Shown here: positions 23,684-38,250 of the stretch, piece after piece | How the letters are laid out: each line of letters starts with the position of its first letter | Numbering within the stretch: the stretch's first letter is position 1 | Assembly: GCA_964016885.1 (NCBI GenBank) | Contig: OZ024763.1 | Coordinates: forward strand, 7,068,001-7,132,000 | Length of the DNA: 64,000 nt | Source of the DNA: Eledone cirrhosa | Taxonomy: Eukaryota | Direction: 5' to 3' | The notes under the pieces: model-generated | What the model was told of the DNA's origin: nothing | Seen by the model: only the letters and a program-made list of their open reading frames with translations | Database searches by the model: none | Position numbers and translations under genes: made by a program

Positions 23684-24070
23684 CTATCTCTCTTTTTCTG
23701 AATCCAATCAATACATTGACAGGTGCTGAACATATGTCTGTCTGTCTCTCTGTCTCTCTGTCTCTCTATATATATATATATCCCTATCTCCCTGTCACTC
23801 GGTTCTTCACCCCCCCCCCTCCACTCAGTTGCTCCTAAGAAACATCATGTTGGATAGACAGTGCTTTCTCACTTAATTGACAACAATATGTTAACGGGGG
23901 GGGGGGGTCATTATTCCCCCCACCCTACCCCCCCATTTCTTGTCTCCTAACAGCCGGTCCCTTACGTCACCCAGACCTTAATATATTTTTTTTCTTCCTT
24001 AATTTTTATATATACATATATTTTTTTCGCTTTATTTTTTTCTTTTCTTTTTTTTTTTACTGACAATAAA

Positions 24071-24530
24071 TATATTAATGTATTAATATATTAATGTATT
24101 AATGTATTAATGTATTAATATATTAATGTATTAATATATTAATATATTAATATATTAATATATTAATGTATTAATATATTAATATATTAATGTATTAATA
24201 TATTAATGTATTAATATATTAATATATTAATGTATTAATATATTAATGTATTAATATATTAATATATTAATGTATTAATATATTAATATATTAATGTATT
24301 AATGTATTAATATATTAATGTATTAATATATTAATATATTAATGTATTAATATATTAATGTATTAATATATTAATATATTAATGTATTAATGTATTAATG
24401 TATTAATGTATTAATATATTAATGTATTAATATATTAATATATTAATGTATTAATGTATTAATGTATTAATGTATTAATATATTAATATATTAATGTATT
24501 AATATATTAATGTATTAATGTATTAATGTA
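24071..24530. repeat. 8-bp array (TATTAATA/TATTAATG), ~57 copies
   Basis: Direct reading. Confidence 0.95.
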
Positions 24531-24559
24531 TATGCCAAAATATGGAATGTATGAGCAAG

Positions 24560-24735
24560 ATTCATCAAGTCTCAGACTTTGACGGCGAGTCAAGTTTAGG
24601 ACTGTGACGGCTGGTCAAGTCTTGGACTGTGACAGCTGGTCAAGTCTTGGACTGTGACAGCTGGTCAAGTCTTGGACTGTGACAGCTGGTCAAGTCTCAG
24701 GCTGAGACGTCATGTCCAGTCTTGGACTTTGTCCT
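24560..24735. repeat. 25-bp minisatellite
   Basis: gactgtgacagctggtcaagtcttg, ~5-6 copies. Confidence 0.85.
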
Positions 24736-24764
24736 GTTCATCTCACACTACCATAGAAAGAAAT

Positions 24765-24847
<83 letters not shown>

Positions 24848-24943
24848 GTATGGAGCATGACATGGTCACCTGATATGAGATGTCTCATAACTGGACAACT
24901 CATTTAATCCATGTTAGTGGGAAAGAAATGGAGTTAAAGGATG

Positions 24944-24986
<43 letters not shown>

Positions 24987-25557
24987 CACATACACAAATA
25001 CATGTATGGTTATTGAGGTGAATATATTTATATCTATGTATATATTTATATATATATATATATGGGTATAGAGGTGTGTGTATATATATATTGGGTATAT
25101 AATTGGGTGTACGTTTGGGTGTATGTAATGCATGACATCAACTTGTGTGTGAAAACAAAACAAAAAACAAAACAAACAATTTCAGGAGAAAGAAAAAAAA
25201 AGAACCAAAGAAACAATACAACAAACCATATTTGGATAATCATCAATATTCACCATAACAATTACAACAACAATTTTTATTATTATTATTATATATATAA
25301 ATACATAAATAAATTGTCAAACAAAAAGATAAAGTGTGATTTACTGTTAGTGTATTGTTTAAAGCTTGTTCCAAAAAAACACTTTGGATCAGCTCAGGTT
25401 GTTAGAGTTCTCTCCCCTTGCATGTTGGTTTGCTTCTTATTATCTGAGCACCTAAACATGTTTCACTCATGAAATTACAAGGATAGTCAGAAATGATAGG
25501 ATGCTCCTTGTTTTCCCTTTGTTTTTTTTTTCTCCCCCTTTCCTCACTATATTGAGG

Positions 25558-25611
<54 letters not shown>

Positions 25612-26376
25612 CAAGACACAGATCCCTGGACTGCCTGAGAGATCAGCAGCTCTGCTTCACTACTGATTTGGTCAAAGTAGACACATCCTTTCCTTGCTAT
25701 CAAGGAAAACAAACATTAAAATGACAGTGATGATGGTTTTATATATACATATATATATTATATATATATATTATATATATAATATATATATTATATATAT
25801 TATATATATATTATATATATATATATATATTATATATATATATAATATATATATTATATATATTATATATATTATATATATTATATATATACATGCATGC
25901 ACACACACAAACACACACACACACACATATGACAACAGTGACTATCGAGGAGAGAAATTTGAAAAAAGAAAAAAAGCTGAAAACTGTCCATACATAATAT
26001 AACAACTTCTCTGGACCAAGTTTGACACATTTAGCCATTTTTTTTCCCCTCTTTCAAGTGGCGGATCCAAAAACCAAGTTTACAGCATCCACTCTGGGGT
26101 CAATTAAAATAAAGTACCAGTCAACTGTCTTAGCCTCTTCCACCCCATCTTATATATTGCTGGCCTTGTGCCCTAAATCAAAGACCAATATTTAAATTTC
26201 TTCAAGGACACACCACCATCACTGCTGCCATCACCACAACCACCGGATGCAACAACACAACAACACTGGCAACATCACCACTACTATCAACAGCAACATA
26301 ACTCTTTCTGGATAGTTCCATTACACACATATATAATATATATATATTTGTTGTATAGTTTATATATATGTGTAGC

Positions 26377-26414
<38 letters not shown>

Positions 26415-26555
26415 ATAATATATATATATATATGTATATTTTTTCCATTATTTTGGCTTGGTGCCTTTCTCAACAGCATACTCCCTTAACTATTATTCTT
26501 TGTCTCGCCGTCATCATTCTTGTCTATCCTTGTCAACACTACACCATACCCTCCA

Positions 26556-26995
26556 CCTCCCTCACCCACTCTCCCTCACCCACTCTCCCTCACCCACTCT
26601 CCCTCACCCACTCTCCCTCACCCACTCTCCCTCACACACTCTCCCTCACACACTCTCCCTCACCCACTCTCCCTCACACACTCTCCCTCACACACTCTCC
26701 CTCACCCACTCTCCCTCACCCACTCTCCCTCACCCACTCTCCCTCACCCTCTCTCCCTCACCCTCTCTCCCTCACCCACTCTCCCTCACCCACTCTCCCT
26801 CACCCTCTCTCCCTCACCCACTCTCCCTCACCCACTCTCCCTCACCCACCCTCCCTCACACACTCTCCCTCACACACTCTCCCTCACACTCTCTCCCTCA
26901 CACTCTCTCCCTCACACTCTCTCCCTCACACTCTCTCCCTCACACTCTCTCCCTCACCCTCTCTCCCTCACCCTCTCTCCCTCACCCACTCTCCA
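26556..26995. repeat. 16-bp C-rich minisatellite
   Basis: ctcacccactctccct-type unit, ~27 copies. Confidence 0.9.
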
Positions 26996-27150
26996 GTTGC
27001 CAGATTAATCCAACTTACATTCAAAAAACAAAAAGAGACTCACTCATACTGTATACAAAACATTTCCTGTTCTTTTGATATATAACTATATATATATATA
27101 TAGTTTGTGTGTATGTTTGTATATATATACATTCATTGGGTGTGTATATG

Positions 27151-27182
<32 letters not shown>

Positions 27183-30100
27183 GGCTAGGAGTGTATAAGC
27201 TTGTCAGTTCCATTTCTCTTCCCCCTCCATCTAATGTGTGTACCTATTGTCAGCCAATGTGACTGAGCCCGTCATTTTTTTCATCTCCAGCAATTGACCT
27301 GAAAATAAACACCTACACACGCGCACATATATATTCATAGATACACACACACACACTGTTGAGTATGTCCAGCTTTTATGCCCCTTTCCTCCACTCCACC
27401 CTCCATTTAAAGGTGCTGTACCTCCCCTATATGTAATGACCAAGACCTCTCTCTCTCTCCCAGGTACTGACACCACTTCATTCTTATATATATATCTCTC
27501 TTCCTGGAGCTCATTGGATCATAGGGGAGCATTGTGAGTATTTAACTCTACCTTTTAATTTTATATATATATATGTAACAATACACATATGTATATATGT
27601 GAGTGTATATATATACATATATATATATATGTATATCTTGATCCAGGGTCTTGAAATCACTCACGGAGGAAGAACCCCTCCTTCCACCAACTTCTGTCCC
27701 TGCCACTCTTGGCTATGAGGGTCCCAGTAGGTTGGTGAGGTTGCCTCACCATCTTGTCCTTGAACGTCCTTTTCATCTTGTCCATTGACCCCTATATATA
27801 TATATATATATATATATCTACATGACTATATATATACGTGTGTGTGTATATATACATGTCTATATATATATATATATATATATCTACATGACTATATATA
27901 TACGTGTGTGTGTATATATACATGACTATATATATATATATATACGTGTGTGTGTGTATATATACATGACTATATATACATATATGACAATACATATATA
28001 TGTGTGAGAGTGTGTGTGTGTGTGTTTATATATATATACATGACTATATATATATACATATGTATCAATACATATATATATATGTATATATATATTCATA
28101 TTCATTTGCGTCTCAACTCAACTTCACATCAAAATCAAAACATTTTCCCAGCTTTTGTGAAAGTCTTGGTAATCAAATATATATATATATATGATAAAAT
28201 AAAATACAAAACTATGTAAAACAATCCAAAATATATACAAAATCAATCAAAAGATTAAGAAAAAAGCTATCAAAAACCAAAAAAAAAAAAAATCAACAAA
28301 AAACAATTGTTTGCCAGCATATAAAATATTATTTCTACCCTATATATACTTTCTCTAAGCTTCCGTCTTTTCCTGTCAAATTTTCGTAAATATATCATTC
28401 ACTTTTAGAAGAAAAAAAACTATAATAATTATAATAAAAGATTTTTCATTGCTACAAGGGGCTCTTTTTTTTTCTTTCATACACACGCCCCTTACAAACT
28501 TGTCTTCTTTTTCTTATTAATCATTCTCTATTTCTGATTTTAATTTAACGAATGCAAAATCAAACAAACAAACAAAAAAAATCTGATTTTAAAATTTCTA
28601 GAATTTCAAGGGAGATAACCATGAACAATGAAAAAAAGGGAGATAACCATGCCATGCCAAAGGTAAAATAGTTTAACTTACCGGAAGGGTTATTGTTAAT
28701 ATTATTTCGTTTTCTGAGTCGTGAATGTCTGACAAAATAGTTTGTGACGTTTATTTACGGCTCTTTACATTCTGAGGTTAACAATTTTTTCTTACCAGGA
28801 GTTGTAACCAGCTGATATCAGTAACGGAAACATTGTTTCCTCGGTCCGATAATCAATTCCTTTCTTGTGACTGACAGCAATGGAAAGATCAATTGAAACA
28901 TTGTTTTCTTGGTCTGGTGATCAGTTCCTTTCTTCTACCATGAGAGTTACCACCTGACCAGCAATGGAAACATTGTTTCCTCGGTCTGATAAACTGATGG
29001 TCAGCTCCTTTCTTTGTTTTGTTTTCTTTATTTTTTTTTGTTTTTTTTTTCATTTGAATTTTGATTTTTATTCTGTTATTATTTTAATGTTTTTATTCTT
29101 TCATATAATTTTGTTGTTGCTATTTTATAAATAGCAACCTCACTCTCTCTTCTCTCTCTCTCTCTCTCTTCATCTCACAGTTAAGGGAATATCTACTGAT
29201 GTTTCTTGTAATTGCTCCCTTACACCCTTACATTTTTTTCTCCAGAAATCTTTATATTTTGTGGGTCTCTAGGGGTTTGTGTGCAGGAGGGGCTGTTAAG
29301 TATTTTCATTTAATTTTTCCCCCTTTTTTTAATTTTTTGTCTCAAACTACAAAATCACTATAACTGCCAAAATAGCCGAATTTTGGGGGGGCAAATCTTA
29401 CTACAACCCCTTCCAACCATGTCCCACTCCTGCACCTAGCCTCAGATAAATGACATGACCCTTTTTTTTTTCTTTTTTTTTTTTTTACAATATTTCCATT
29501 GAAATACAACTTTTTTTTTTAATTAATGAACAATTTTGTGTTTTTACTAAAAAGTTTTATTTCATTATTAAGATGGTATATTTGTAAGACATTAACTAAT
29601 GGTTCTTATATAAAATTGTCACCTGAAGGATTGACAATATTTCTTGAAGGGGAGGATCAATAAATGACAACCCCCACCCCTAGGATAGACAATATTTCTT
29701 GGAGGGTCGATAGATGTCAACCCCCAACCCTAGGGCTAGACAATATTTCCTAGAGGGGAAGGTCGATAGATGAGAACTACAACTTAGCCCCTACCCACCC
29801 ATTGTTTTGTGAACTTCTTGTGACACCTGAGGAGGGTGGGGTGGTATTTCTGAGAAGAGCTCGATAAATCACATCCACCCTCACATTTTGTAAACTTCTG
29901 TAGGACTGAGACACCTGAGGGGTGATATTTCAGGTAAGGGGTCTATAAATGACATCTCCATCCCAACTTCCACGTTTTGTAAACTTCTGTAGGACACACC
30001 TGAAGGAGGCGGAGGGGGGTCAATAAGTGACATCCCCATACCCTGCCCTCCCCAGCGTTTTGTAAACGTCTGTAGGACTGAGACACCTGAGGGGCGTGGG

Positions 30101-32029
30101 TGTGATATATCTGGGAAGGGGCCCATTAATGACATCCCCCACCCCAACGTTTTGTCCAATTTTAGTTGCAAATGCTTCTGATTCATTTATCAATCATCGT
30201 TTTTGACAATCGATTTTTTTTTTTTTTTTTCAAATAGTTGTTGTATGTTGTGGTTGCATATGTCAATGTGCAGGAAGTGGTGGGGTAACTGTTAGGAAGG
30301 GGGTTCTGATGTCTCTGACATGGTGGAGTTAAGAATTTCACTTTGAGGTCATACACACTCACACACAATATATATACCTTATATATATACACACACACAC
30401 AACTAATATACACACACACACACATACCTTATACACATACACAACATATATATGCTATACATATGCATACTCTCACACACATTCTAAATATATACGCCCT
30501 CACTCTTTCTCTCTATAAACATATATATACACATACACATATATACCTTCTCACAGAAACAGGCATACACACACTACATATACCCCCTCTTTCTACATAC
30601 ATACTCATTTACTGATTTATATAATACATATACATATATATATATATATATATAATATATATATATATATATAAACGAGTTTAGTTGAGACCATTTTTTC
30701 ATTATTATAAAGTTTGATTTAAATTTGCATCTCAACCTACAATTACTACTCCCACCACCACCTATTGCTCCTCCACCCTCCTTAATATATCTCCCTCTCT
30801 CTCTCTCTCCCTAACCTCAGTTTACCTTTCATCTGTGTCTTTATACATATGTATGGATACATGTGTGTGTGTCTATTTAAATATATATATATATATACAC
30901 ACACACATACACATGTTTGTATATATACAAATGTTTGTGTGTATACATATATATATACATGCACACGTTTGTATGTCACCCTTTGTATGTATATATATAT
31001 ATGTATGTATGTTTATATGTTTGTGTATGTCATCCTCTGTATCAACATAACCACCATTGTAAATGTTTAATGAAATAAATCTTCCCATTATACCAACCCG
31101 ATCATTTCTGTTCTTCTCTCACCATTGTCACCTTCCTAAACTGGATTTTATGTTGATTAATATATTCTTGTCTTGTCTTCCCCTGTGATTTTATTTGGTT
31201 AACTCTTTCATTACCATATTTCTAATGAAAGACACTGCCTAGGATTTCTAAATACTATTGAAAATAATCAATAATTTGGAGGGTCTCTGACTTTCTTAAG
31301 TTGCTGTTTGGAACATAACTTAGCTAAGGTTCTTAATATATAATTATGATTGAAGGTTTTTAGATTAATATAAACACTTAAACCTTTTAGAATTTAAACC
31401 AGCCGTATCCGGCCAGGATTCTTTCACCTATTTCTGTTCAAACCGGCTGTAACCAGCCACTCATACTGTTGTTAAAGTATTGTTCTCAAAATAAGTAATA
31501 TTAAACTCTCATAGATTTGATATTTTGTGAGGTAAAGCCTTTACCGTGAAAATATGATAGTGTATATAGAGTGATGTAAATGCTAAAATATGTATATATA
31601 ACGTAACTACTCATATTTGGAGAGATTTGGTCATATAATTGTCTCATCGTTAGGTTGGTGTTTGGAACATAACTTAGCAAAGGTTCTTAATATAAAAATT
31701 ATGATTGAAGGTTTTTAGATAACTCTTTCATCGCTATATTTCTAATTAAAGACATTGTCTGGGATTTCTAAATAGTTTTGAAAATAATCAAGAATTTGGA
31801 GGGAGTTTCTCATTATTAAGTTGGTGTTTGGAACATAACTTAACAAAGGTACTTAATATAAAATTATGATAGAAGGGTTTTAGATAAATATAAATACTTT
31901 AACCCTTTCATTGACATATTTCTAATGAAAGACACCATCCCCTATGGTTTTCAAATAACTTTGAAAATAATTAAGAATTTGGAAGAATTTAGTAATATAA
32001 CAAACTTTGCGGCAACATGGTGCAGTCTG

Positions 32030-32250
32030 TGACTAGTCCAGGCTCTGCTGCACTTTGGGCCGAGGAGAGTAAACTTTCCAAATACCGGTCGAGCCCATAG
32101 AAGTAAAGACTTCTGGTGACCTTGGCCCTTGGAGCACCTCCCTACTATCCACCATCGGCAGGTGTGAGCCTGATGGAATGGCTCTTCCAACGCATCTCAC
32201 TCACCATCCTCCGGGGAAACGCCTTCTCTATTCTGTCTGCCGGGACCGCG
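32030..32250 (+). mobile_element. CRE-clade non-LTR retrotransposon C-terminal (RLE endonuclease) fragment
   Basis: PGSAALWAEESKLSKY and EWLFQRISLTILRGNAFSIL resemble the CRE-type QRISIAIQRGNA terminus. Confidence 0.65.
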
Positions 32251-32758
32251 CATGGGCTCCCGTTTGCTTATAATAGTGAGAGATGGGAAGAGCGAGAGAG
32301 ACGTGATAAGGCAATGATAGATGAAGACTTAAAAAAGGTTCTTACAAGGAGGTGTTTAGGTAAATATTAAACACTTTAAAATTGGTTGATCTTGGTGATT
32401 TCTGCATTTATATTAACTAGTTCTTGGCCGCTTATGGTGTTAGAACAAACCGCAACACAACCAGAGTTGTCTCCCGTACAAGAAAAATTAGAATTACCTT
32501 GAGTTACCTCTCGTATTTACGGAGTTATTTTCCTTCGAATATAACTGAACAGGCAATATTTATTAGAATGCTGTTGAAGTGCATATACATTTTGGAGGAC
32601 ACCATATAAACATATGTGTGTGTGAGTCTCGGGTTCAATCGGGGGTAGCCACAGTAAGTAAGGTACTCATTACATTAGAGTGTATACAACAACATTTAAT
32701 ATAGAAATGGCTTCTACATGACTAGAACTGTTTCATTCGAAGGAAATCGTCAGGAAAG

Positions 32759-32809
<51 letters not shown>

Positions 32810-34909
32810 ACGTTAACGGACGCAGGAAGTACTCAATACCGGAGTAGAATTTAATGATATTCTCTATCATGGCTAAGTGATGAGTCTTGTTACTCTGGAG
32901 TTTCCCCAGTGGATTGACAAGATCATCAGATAAGACTGTTGTGAGTACACAGGTGAAGCAGCAGAGTAACAACACTCATTATTTAACCATAATAATGAAT
33001 ATGATTTCTTACAAATGAAACAGTTCTAGTCTTGTAGAAGTCATTTCTATCATCATCATCATTGTTTAACATCTAATTTCTGTGCTTGATTAGGTTAGAA
33101 GGGTCATCCAAGTCTGGCCAGAATCGGCCATGACCTTACTCCGACAGGACTGTAATTTTGGCTGGAGATTTCACAGCTGGATGCCCCTCCTAACACCAAA
33201 AATAAATATGTCTGTACTCTACTAATGTATTGAGTACTTTTTTTAACTGTGGTCACCTGATATATATTAGATCACCTATAACATAGATATTAGTAAATTT
33301 TATTGTTATATGATAAATATATAAGATAAAATGTGAAGAAGTGTGGCTTAGTGGTTAGTGTTGGATTCGCAATTGTGAGACTGCAAGTTCAATTCCTGGA
33401 CTGGGTGAGTTGTTGTCTTTGAGCAACTCACTTTATTTCGCAGTGTATTACTGGTACTTTATTTTATCGACCCCGTAAGGATGAAAGGTTAACTTTGCCT
33501 TTCATCCTTACGGGGTCGATAAAATAAAGTACCAGTAATACACTGGAGTAATTGCTGGCCTTGTGCCAAAAGTAGAAACAATTATTCCATGTACTATACA
33601 TGCACCTTTAATGAGTTGTAGTGCACCTGAGCACTGTACACAATAAAGAAACATTATTATTATTTAAATAAAGTACCAGTAACGCACTGGGTAATTGCTG
33701 GCCTTGTGCCAAAAGTAGAAACAATTATTCCATGTACTATACATGCACCTTTAATGAGTTGTAGTGCACCTGAGCACTGTACACAATAAAGAAACATTAT
33801 TATTATTTAAATAAAGTACCAGTAACGCACTGGGTAATTGCTGGCCTTGTGCCAAAAGTAGAAACAATTATTATTATTTAAAGATCTTAGATATAAACAC
33901 TTTAAAATGTTTGTGTGTGGAAGGGGATGGAGTGGGGTGGGTAATGAAGGCTTTAGAATGTTTTAATGATTTGGTTTTATGCCCCCCCCCCCCTCTGCTT
34001 CGCCTTAACTTTAATCTCCCTGATAGTTCCGTTTTCAATGGAGATAATGTCACTGCTCTTTATTACTACTACTACTACTACTATTACCACCACCACCACA
34101 ACTACTACTATTACTACTACCCCTACTATTACTACGATTACTGCTACTATTACTACTACTATTACCACCACCACCACCACCACTACTGCTACTATTACTA
34201 CTACCCCTACTATTACTACTATCACTCCTACTGCTACTATTACTACTACTATTACCACCACCACCACCACTACTACTACTATTACTACTGCTACTATTAC
34301 TACTGCCCCTACTATTACTACTATCACTACTACTATTGCTACTACTACTATTGCTACTATTACTGCTGCTGCTACAGCTACTATCACTACTGCTACTACT
34401 ACCATTACTACTGCTGTTGTTGCTGTTAATACTATTACTACTATTACTGCTACTAACACCATTACAACTGCTGCTGTTACTACCACTACCACTGCTACTA
34501 CTACTACCAGAACAGCTATCACAACTACAACAACTAATATTACAACTATAACAACAGTAGCCTATTGTAGATGGCTTATCAATACTTCCACTTCCTGGTG
34601 AACAGGAAGTTATTAGTGACATAACTAGCTTGACATCTTTCCTCTTCCTCATCACCCCTCCTCCTCCTCCTTTGATCTCCCCTCCTCTTCCTTTGATCTC
34701 CCCACCCTCCACCACCTCTCTTACATAACAAAAACCCTGTGTGTGTGTGTGTGTATATTTATATATGGTTTGTCACTTGATTTAAATATATGTATTATAT
34801 ATATATATATGTGTGTGTGTATATATATATATATATAGTAATAATGTATATATAATATATGTATGTGTGATATATATATATAAATATAGTAATATATGTA
34901 TTATATATA

Positions 34910-34941
<32 letters not shown>

Positions 34942-37900
34942 AATAGTAATATATGTATTATATATATGTGTGTATATATATATATAGTAATATATGTATT
35001 ATATATATAGTAATATATGTATTATATATATGTGTGTATATATATATATATAGTAATATATGTATTATATATATGTGTGTATATATATATATATAGTAAT
35101 ATATGTATTATATATATGTGTGTATATATATATATATAGTAATATATGTATTATATATATGTGTGTATATATGTATTATATATATATAGTAATATATGTA
35201 TTATATATATGTGTGTATATATATATATATATATAGTAATAATGTATATATAATATGTATATATAATTGTTTCTACATTTGGCACAAGGCCAGTAATTAC
35301 CCCAGTGCATTACTGGTACTTTATTTTATCAACCCTTTAAGGATGAAAGGCAAAGTTAACCGTGGCAGGATTTGAACTCAGATCGTAAAGGGCCGTACCT
35401 CTATTCTGCAAAGCATGGTGTCTAATGATACAGCCAATAATGTGGGTGTATCTGATCTGTGTGAATGCTCAAGTGCATGTGTGTGTAACAAGTTGATGGG
35501 ACTAGCATGGATTTCACTGCTAGTACCGGTTGCATCTCAGGGTACTCATCAGATAATGTTATGTAAAACCCCAGAGTAGACACAGTTATTCGCTTCAATA
35601 CAACACACATAAATGGGTACCTTCAAACTATACCCGCACTCAAGTTTCGGCCACATTTAATGTAGCAATAGAGTGCACAGCCTCCACTGCCTGTATTTAT
35701 TATGCAACAATGCAAAAATCGGCGCTTGTGGCTTCATAAGTGCCTAATCAATAACCAATCGATCGACAGAATTCGATTCCAGTCTGTGTCGACTATGACA
35801 ATGAATGTGACAGCCAACACAGTAAAACATCAGCAACTGAAATCCCTGTGTGTCATCACAATGCCATCCTATTCAGAAATTTACGTGACGGAAGGAGACG
35901 AAATTGAAACAGTTCCGCTCCCGCCATAAACCCTCGGCCAATGCAGCTCAAACAGGAATTAACAAGTGAGTGAAAAATTGGTTATTAGAGAAAATCAATC
36001 TCTGATCACTGTACATATATATATGTATGTGTGTGTGTGCGTGTGAATCTTATAAATATTTATATGATGATGGTTATCATTCGATGAAGGAACAAGACTC
36101 TCCTTGACTTATTCTTTTATTTTATTAAGTGGAAGGATTTCTATTTTAAGGCCATAAGTGGCGCTAATGTCCAGAAAAGTTGTTTAGGGGTGCAGTTATC
36201 AGAAATACGAACAAAGTGTCCTGACCATATTTAGGTGACAACTCATAATCATCTCCATCAGGGTTATCATTGCTCACTTCAGAACAATTGCCTCTTATCT
36301 GAAGTGGGAGACTTTTCCAGGATATGTTAAGGAATTTATACCAAAAGTTCTGATGAAATCTTTCCAATGATTTTTATGTATCACACATACATAGGCCCAG
36401 TCTCAGAGCAGAAGAGAAGTGAGCTTAACCCTTTCATGACTGCATTTCTAATGAAATACACTCTGTTTCAATTAATTAATGAAGAATTTTAAGGGATTTA
36501 CTAAAATTATTATTTCATTACTAAGAGAGTAACTTAATGTAGGTTCTTATATAAAGTTTTGTTGGAAGATTTTAACGTAAATAGGAACCCTGTATTTCAA
36601 TTGATTAACGAAAAATTTTGAGGGATTTACTAAGATTATTATTTCATTAAGTAACTTAACATGGTTCTTATATAAAATTATGTTGGAAGGTGTTCAATTA
36701 ATAAAGAATTTTGAGAGATTTATTAAAATTAATAATTTCATTACTAAGTAACTTAACATATGGTTTTTATATAAAATTATGTTGGAAGATTTTAATATGA
36801 ATTGGAAACCCTTAAAATGGGTGGTTTTATTTAATAGAACCAGAGCTGGTTTTGGCTGGGTTGGCAACTAAAGCACAATAAACCATAACTTTTGTAATCT
36901 AGTTTAATTCCATGTTGATTCCAGTCATCCAAACACATCAAATGATTTTTGAACCTGCAAAGAAATGGTTTAGCAGAAAATAATTTTCAAATAAGTTTGG
37001 AAATTTCAAATGTTTGTAGTATTTTTACTAGTGGACAAATTGGTTGTGAACATTTACAGTATTAGATTAAAGTAAAGACTATGTTTAATTGTTTCTACTT
37101 TTGGCACAAGGCCAGCAATTACCCAGTACATTACTGGTACTTTATTTTATCGACCCCGTAAGGATGAAAGGCAAAGTTAACCTCGACGGAATTTGAACTC
37201 AGAATGTAAAGGGCCGTAATGTGATATAGCAGTGTTTTGTACAAAATGTTTATAGTATCTTTACTAGTGGACAGATTGTTGTGAAGATTTGCAGTATTAG
37301 AGTAAAGACTATAATTTATGTGATGTGGTCATAGCGTTGTTTTGTACTTTTCAAGAATGTCTTACTAATGTGGTTTGGTAGGGCACCAAAGGCCCACCAG
37401 CAGAACCCTGGGCCACCATCTACACCACCAGAGGCTCACCACTGTACCATCAGAACCATTGGCTAACAGCATGACCTGAGGCTACCTTTGTCCCCATCCC
37501 AAGGCAACCAGCCCCCCCCCCCCCCCCCACCCAGGGCTATCTTTATAACCACCACCAGGCATTTATCTTGCAATTACAGCTGTTTTATGATCTTGCAAAG
37601 AAGAAGAGAGGGTGGGGGAGATATATAAAAGAAAAAGATAGATGGAGGAGAGGATGAGAGGGAGACAGGGAGAGATAGAGGGAGCTCGAGAGGGAGGAGA
37701 GATGGGTGGGGGTATGGGGTGGATTTAAATTAAACTGTTGAGTAATTCTGGGTGACTGGTGTTGGGGAATGTTGGAATTTAATTGGAGAGAGGGTGGGGA
37801 GTGTTAGGGTGGTGGTGGGAGTGTGTTAGGGTGGTGGGGGTGTGTTAGAAAGGTACATTAGGGTGGTCAGAGATGTGTTAGAGGGTCACATAAATTTTAT

Positions 37901-38055
37901 AGTATCTGCCACACTACCTTCCCCTGTTCCCATATATTGGGTGGAGTGGTAGGGGAGGAAAGGGTTTTGTCTCTTATATAACAAACTCCTCATTGAAACG
38001 AAGATATAATCTAGAAAGTAGGTAGTTTATGTATTACACAAACAACCTTGTTTAA

Positions 38056-38250
38056 CCCTTTAGCATTTGCAAACGATGATGATGATGACTATATTTACTA
38101 TTGTATTTTAGCGGTAAACACTTTATCACACATAATATCAAATCTAGGAGATTTTGAGAACAATACTTTAACATCAGTATGAGCTGCCAGTTATGGCCAG
38201 TTTGAACAGAAAGGGGTGACGAAATTCTGGCCAGTTTAAATGCTAAAGAG
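38056..38250. mobile_element. piggyBac-type MITE family A with TTAA target-site duplication
   Basis: TTAA-ccctttagcattt...aaatgctaaagag-TTAA; neighbouring tandem units show the empty site. Confidence 0.9.
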
